From the IMG/VR virus record IMGVR_UViG_2897109615_000002, positions 1 to 64,000 of that record: a stretch of 64,000 bases of DNA, one strand, 5' to 3'. The position numbers and the translations under genes are program-made. The notes below the pieces were generated by a model. That model was not told where the DNA came from. It saw only the letters and a list, made by a program, of their open reading frames with translations, and did not search any database. This document shows, in pieces, positions 62,241-64,000 of this stretch. The DNA is from an uncultured virus (IMG/VR IMGVR_UViG_2897109615_000002). Lineage: Duplodnaviria; Heunggongvirae; Uroviricota; Caudoviricetes. Position 1 is the stretch's first letter, and each line of letters starts with the position of its first letter.

Positions 62241-62423
62241 ATGGAAGAGAAAAATTTTGAGACAAATGGGTATGATGTTTCTGTCATTTACGATTATAAG
62301 GAGTACCCTGATGTTAAGTATGGTCGCTGTGACAACTGTGATTACACTCTGTTTAAGAGTTCAGTGAAAAGTGGCGTGTTTTTACGCGAGTGTCGTAGAT
62401 GTGGGATGAAGAAGAGTATCTAA
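62241..62423 (+). CDS. zinc-ribbon protein
   Basis: CDNC...CRRCG; AGGTGA RBS; own terminator. Confidence 0.7.
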   Translation: MEEKNFETNGYDVSVIYDYKEYPDVKYGRCDNCDYTLFKSSVKSGVFLRECRRCGMKKSI

Positions 62424-62433
62424 ACACTCTTCT

Positions 62434-62766
62434 TCATTTATTTTTAGGCTTGATTTCAATTTCAAGATCTAAGCCGTCTAGAATTTTGAGTAAAGTGTCC
62501 ACATTGTAGTTCTTACCGTTAGTAACTCTAATAATTTGTGGATGTTTTAAATTAACCTTTTCAGCTAATTTCCTGACTGAGAGCTTATTTTTATCTAGTC
62601 CATCTTTAATTGCATTAATGATCTTAAGTTTAGGTACAGAGATAGAATAATATTCTTCAGGAACTTCCATAATGTCTTCAATATTCATTTCAATAATATC
62701 GTCTTTATTTGATACCATAAATCCATCAATCCTTTCTAGATAGAATGGTACCATATGAGTTACCAC
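62434..62766 (-). CDS. XRE-family HTH protein
   Basis: LSVRKLAEKVNLKHPQIIRV..G.NY.VDTLLKI. Confidence 0.75.
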   Translation of the reverse strand: MVTHMVPFYLERIDGFMVSNKDDIIEMNIEDIMEVPEEYYSISVPKLKIINAIKDGLDKNKLSVRKLAEKVNLKHPQIIRVTNGKNYNVDTLLKILDGLDLEIEIKPKNK

Positions 62767-62995
62767 TTTGCAATCTTTTATTTCACTGGAATCATGTAGC
62801 TTACATATACTTCAATTCCATCTTCAGTTCTATATTTTGCAATCTTGTCTGGATCAGATTCAATCTTTTCAATAAGTCGCTTTGCGCCTTTATTTCCCTT
62901 TTCACTATTGGTTACAGCAATCCAAGACCAATAATATTAAAAAATAGATGCAGCTTTTTAGTATTAAAGCAAGTTCCCTGTCTTAATTTTTTCCA

Positions 62996-63478
62996 TTAAC
63001 TATGTCGTTGATCAATAAACTCGCTTGCATATCGGTATAGCTCTTTATATTCCGTTTCATCAACTGGAGACTCTATTAATTCAACCCCGTTCTTTACGGC
63101 AGTGTAGGTTCTTCCATCATGGGGATACGTTTCCCAGACAACTGGGATTGTAATATTTTTGAAGTTTGAAAGTTTTTTAGATTTTTTAAATTCTTCTCTT
63201 TCAGTTATCCTAGAAGCTGCGATGTCTATTATCTCGCCATGCAGTAATACCCACATATGAAATTCGAACGGAGGATTCCACTTGTATTGAACTGGTAATG
63301 ATGGAAATATAACTGATCCTGCTTTTAATTTTGCATTTTTATTGTATTTCTCTTTCAATAAATCTTTTGTTAGATAAGATGTATAAACACACGCGTCGCC
63401 TATTCTTATCCCAGATTTATCAAAAGCAAAGAAAATACTTTCCACAATATTTTTTTGAATAAGCTCTTTATTGTTCAT
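62996..63478 (-). CDS. hypothetical protein (possible Cys-His-Asp papain/transglutaminase-like triad)
   Basis: DACV...HMWV...IIDI. Confidence 0.55.
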   Translation of the reverse strand: MNNKELIQKNIVESIFFAFDKSGIRIGDACVYTSYLTKDLLKEKYNKNAKLKAGSVIFPSLPVQYKWNPPFEFHMWVLLHGEIIDIAASRITEREEFKKSKKLSNFKNITIPVVWETYPHDGRTYTAVKNGVELIESPVDETEYKELYRYASEFIDQRHS

Positions 63479-63524
63479 TTTGCCCCTCCGTAGTCGTTAA
63501 AAGAATGATTTTAACTTAATTGTT

Positions 63525-63800
63525 TTAATCGTTTAAGTATTCTTTTTCCGTTTCGGATCTTATTCCACCCCACTCAGATGACCACAATGTAAATGTTTTA
63601 CCGTTTGTTAATTTAACGAAAATCGGGTAGGAATCAACTGGCTCTATTCTTGCCTTTTGTCCAAACATCTCTGAGTAAACTCCTTCAAAATCTTGCTTAC
63701 TTGACCAGGAAGGCTTTTTTATGTATGCATATTCCACCATATCACCTAAAATATCTTTCATTTCTTTAGTTAGAATAATTGTGTCATTGATTAGTTGCAT
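63525..63800 (-). CDS. hypothetical protein
   Basis: 91 aa with RBS. Confidence 0.6.
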   Translation of the reverse strand: MQLINDTIILTKEMKDILGDMVEYAYIKKPSWSSKQDFEGVYSEMFGQKARIEPVDSYPIFVKLTNGKTFTLWSSEWGGIRSETEKEYLND

Positions 63801-64000
63801 ATTGCACCCCTATCTAGTTCAAAATTTTTATTCAGTAACACCATTTTCATATTCAAGGTTGTATGTTGCTATTTCGTGTACTCCAATATCCCCTACAAAG
63901 TTTCCATCCTCATGCTCCTGTTGTAAATAAACCTCTTTATCTTTTCCGAAGATTTTTCTTGCTTCACCTAATTCAGTTACAGCTTGTGATCCCATTCATC

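Larger units (their letters stand above)
1070..63513. repeat. dispersed palindrome TRAAA-N6-TTTYA at gene junctions (18 exact copies read by eye)
   Basis: Starts at 1070, 3999, 6243, 12161, 19435, 20757, 22937, 38330, 41411, 42294, 45891, 46766, 47313, 48745, 50999, 52367, 59949 and 63498. Confidence 0.8.
1..64000. mobile_element. SPbeta-like (phi3T-type) Bacillus prophage, early/replication region (partial)
   Basis: Gene order yop-aimRPX-mrpR-yoq-yor-yos-nrd-yot matches SPbeta; includes arbitrium, phage PolIII alpha and intron-containing nrdEF. Confidence 0.97.

Noticed and set aside
62745..62999. Toxin partner for the XRE gene (HigBA-like pair)
   Set aside because: The + ORF has no motif support and the - strand holds only a broken frame
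1..64000. CRISPR array, tRNA or rRNA genes
   Set aside because: No regularly spaced repeats or cloverleaf seen by eye; a tRNAscan run would be needed to exclude tRNAs fully

Overview
This window is the early/replication arm of an SPbeta-family (phi3T-like) temperate phage or prophage of the Bacillus subtilis group, almost entirely on the - strand. Reading in the direction of transcription (right to left), it holds: yopE-G; an inserted ApeA-type HEPN gene; a complete arbitrium locus (aimR, aimP with mature peptide SPSRGA, aimX); the yopP-yopQ-mrpR repression operon and yopS; an array of small accessory genes including a kinase-phosphatase-ligase RNA repair enzyme; a broken ligB; yoqW, yoqZ and yorA; the replisome (SSB-like, AAA annealing protein, helicase, primase, RecJ, PolIII alpha); two secreted-protein morons; nrdI-nrdE-nrdF, thioredoxin, dUTPase, thyA and DHFR; then sspC, RecU and a likely recombination directionality factor. 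nrdE, nrdF and thyA carry four group I introns, and there are three homing endonuclease genes. Two dispersed motifs stand out: a ~21-copy oriented operator-like element (probably SPBRE), and an 18-copy palindrome TRAAA-N6-TTTYA that sits at junctions between promoterless accessory genes, like a cassette recombination site. Gene names come from recalled SPbeta/phi3T proteins and synteny, not from a database search. Coordinates were counted by hand.
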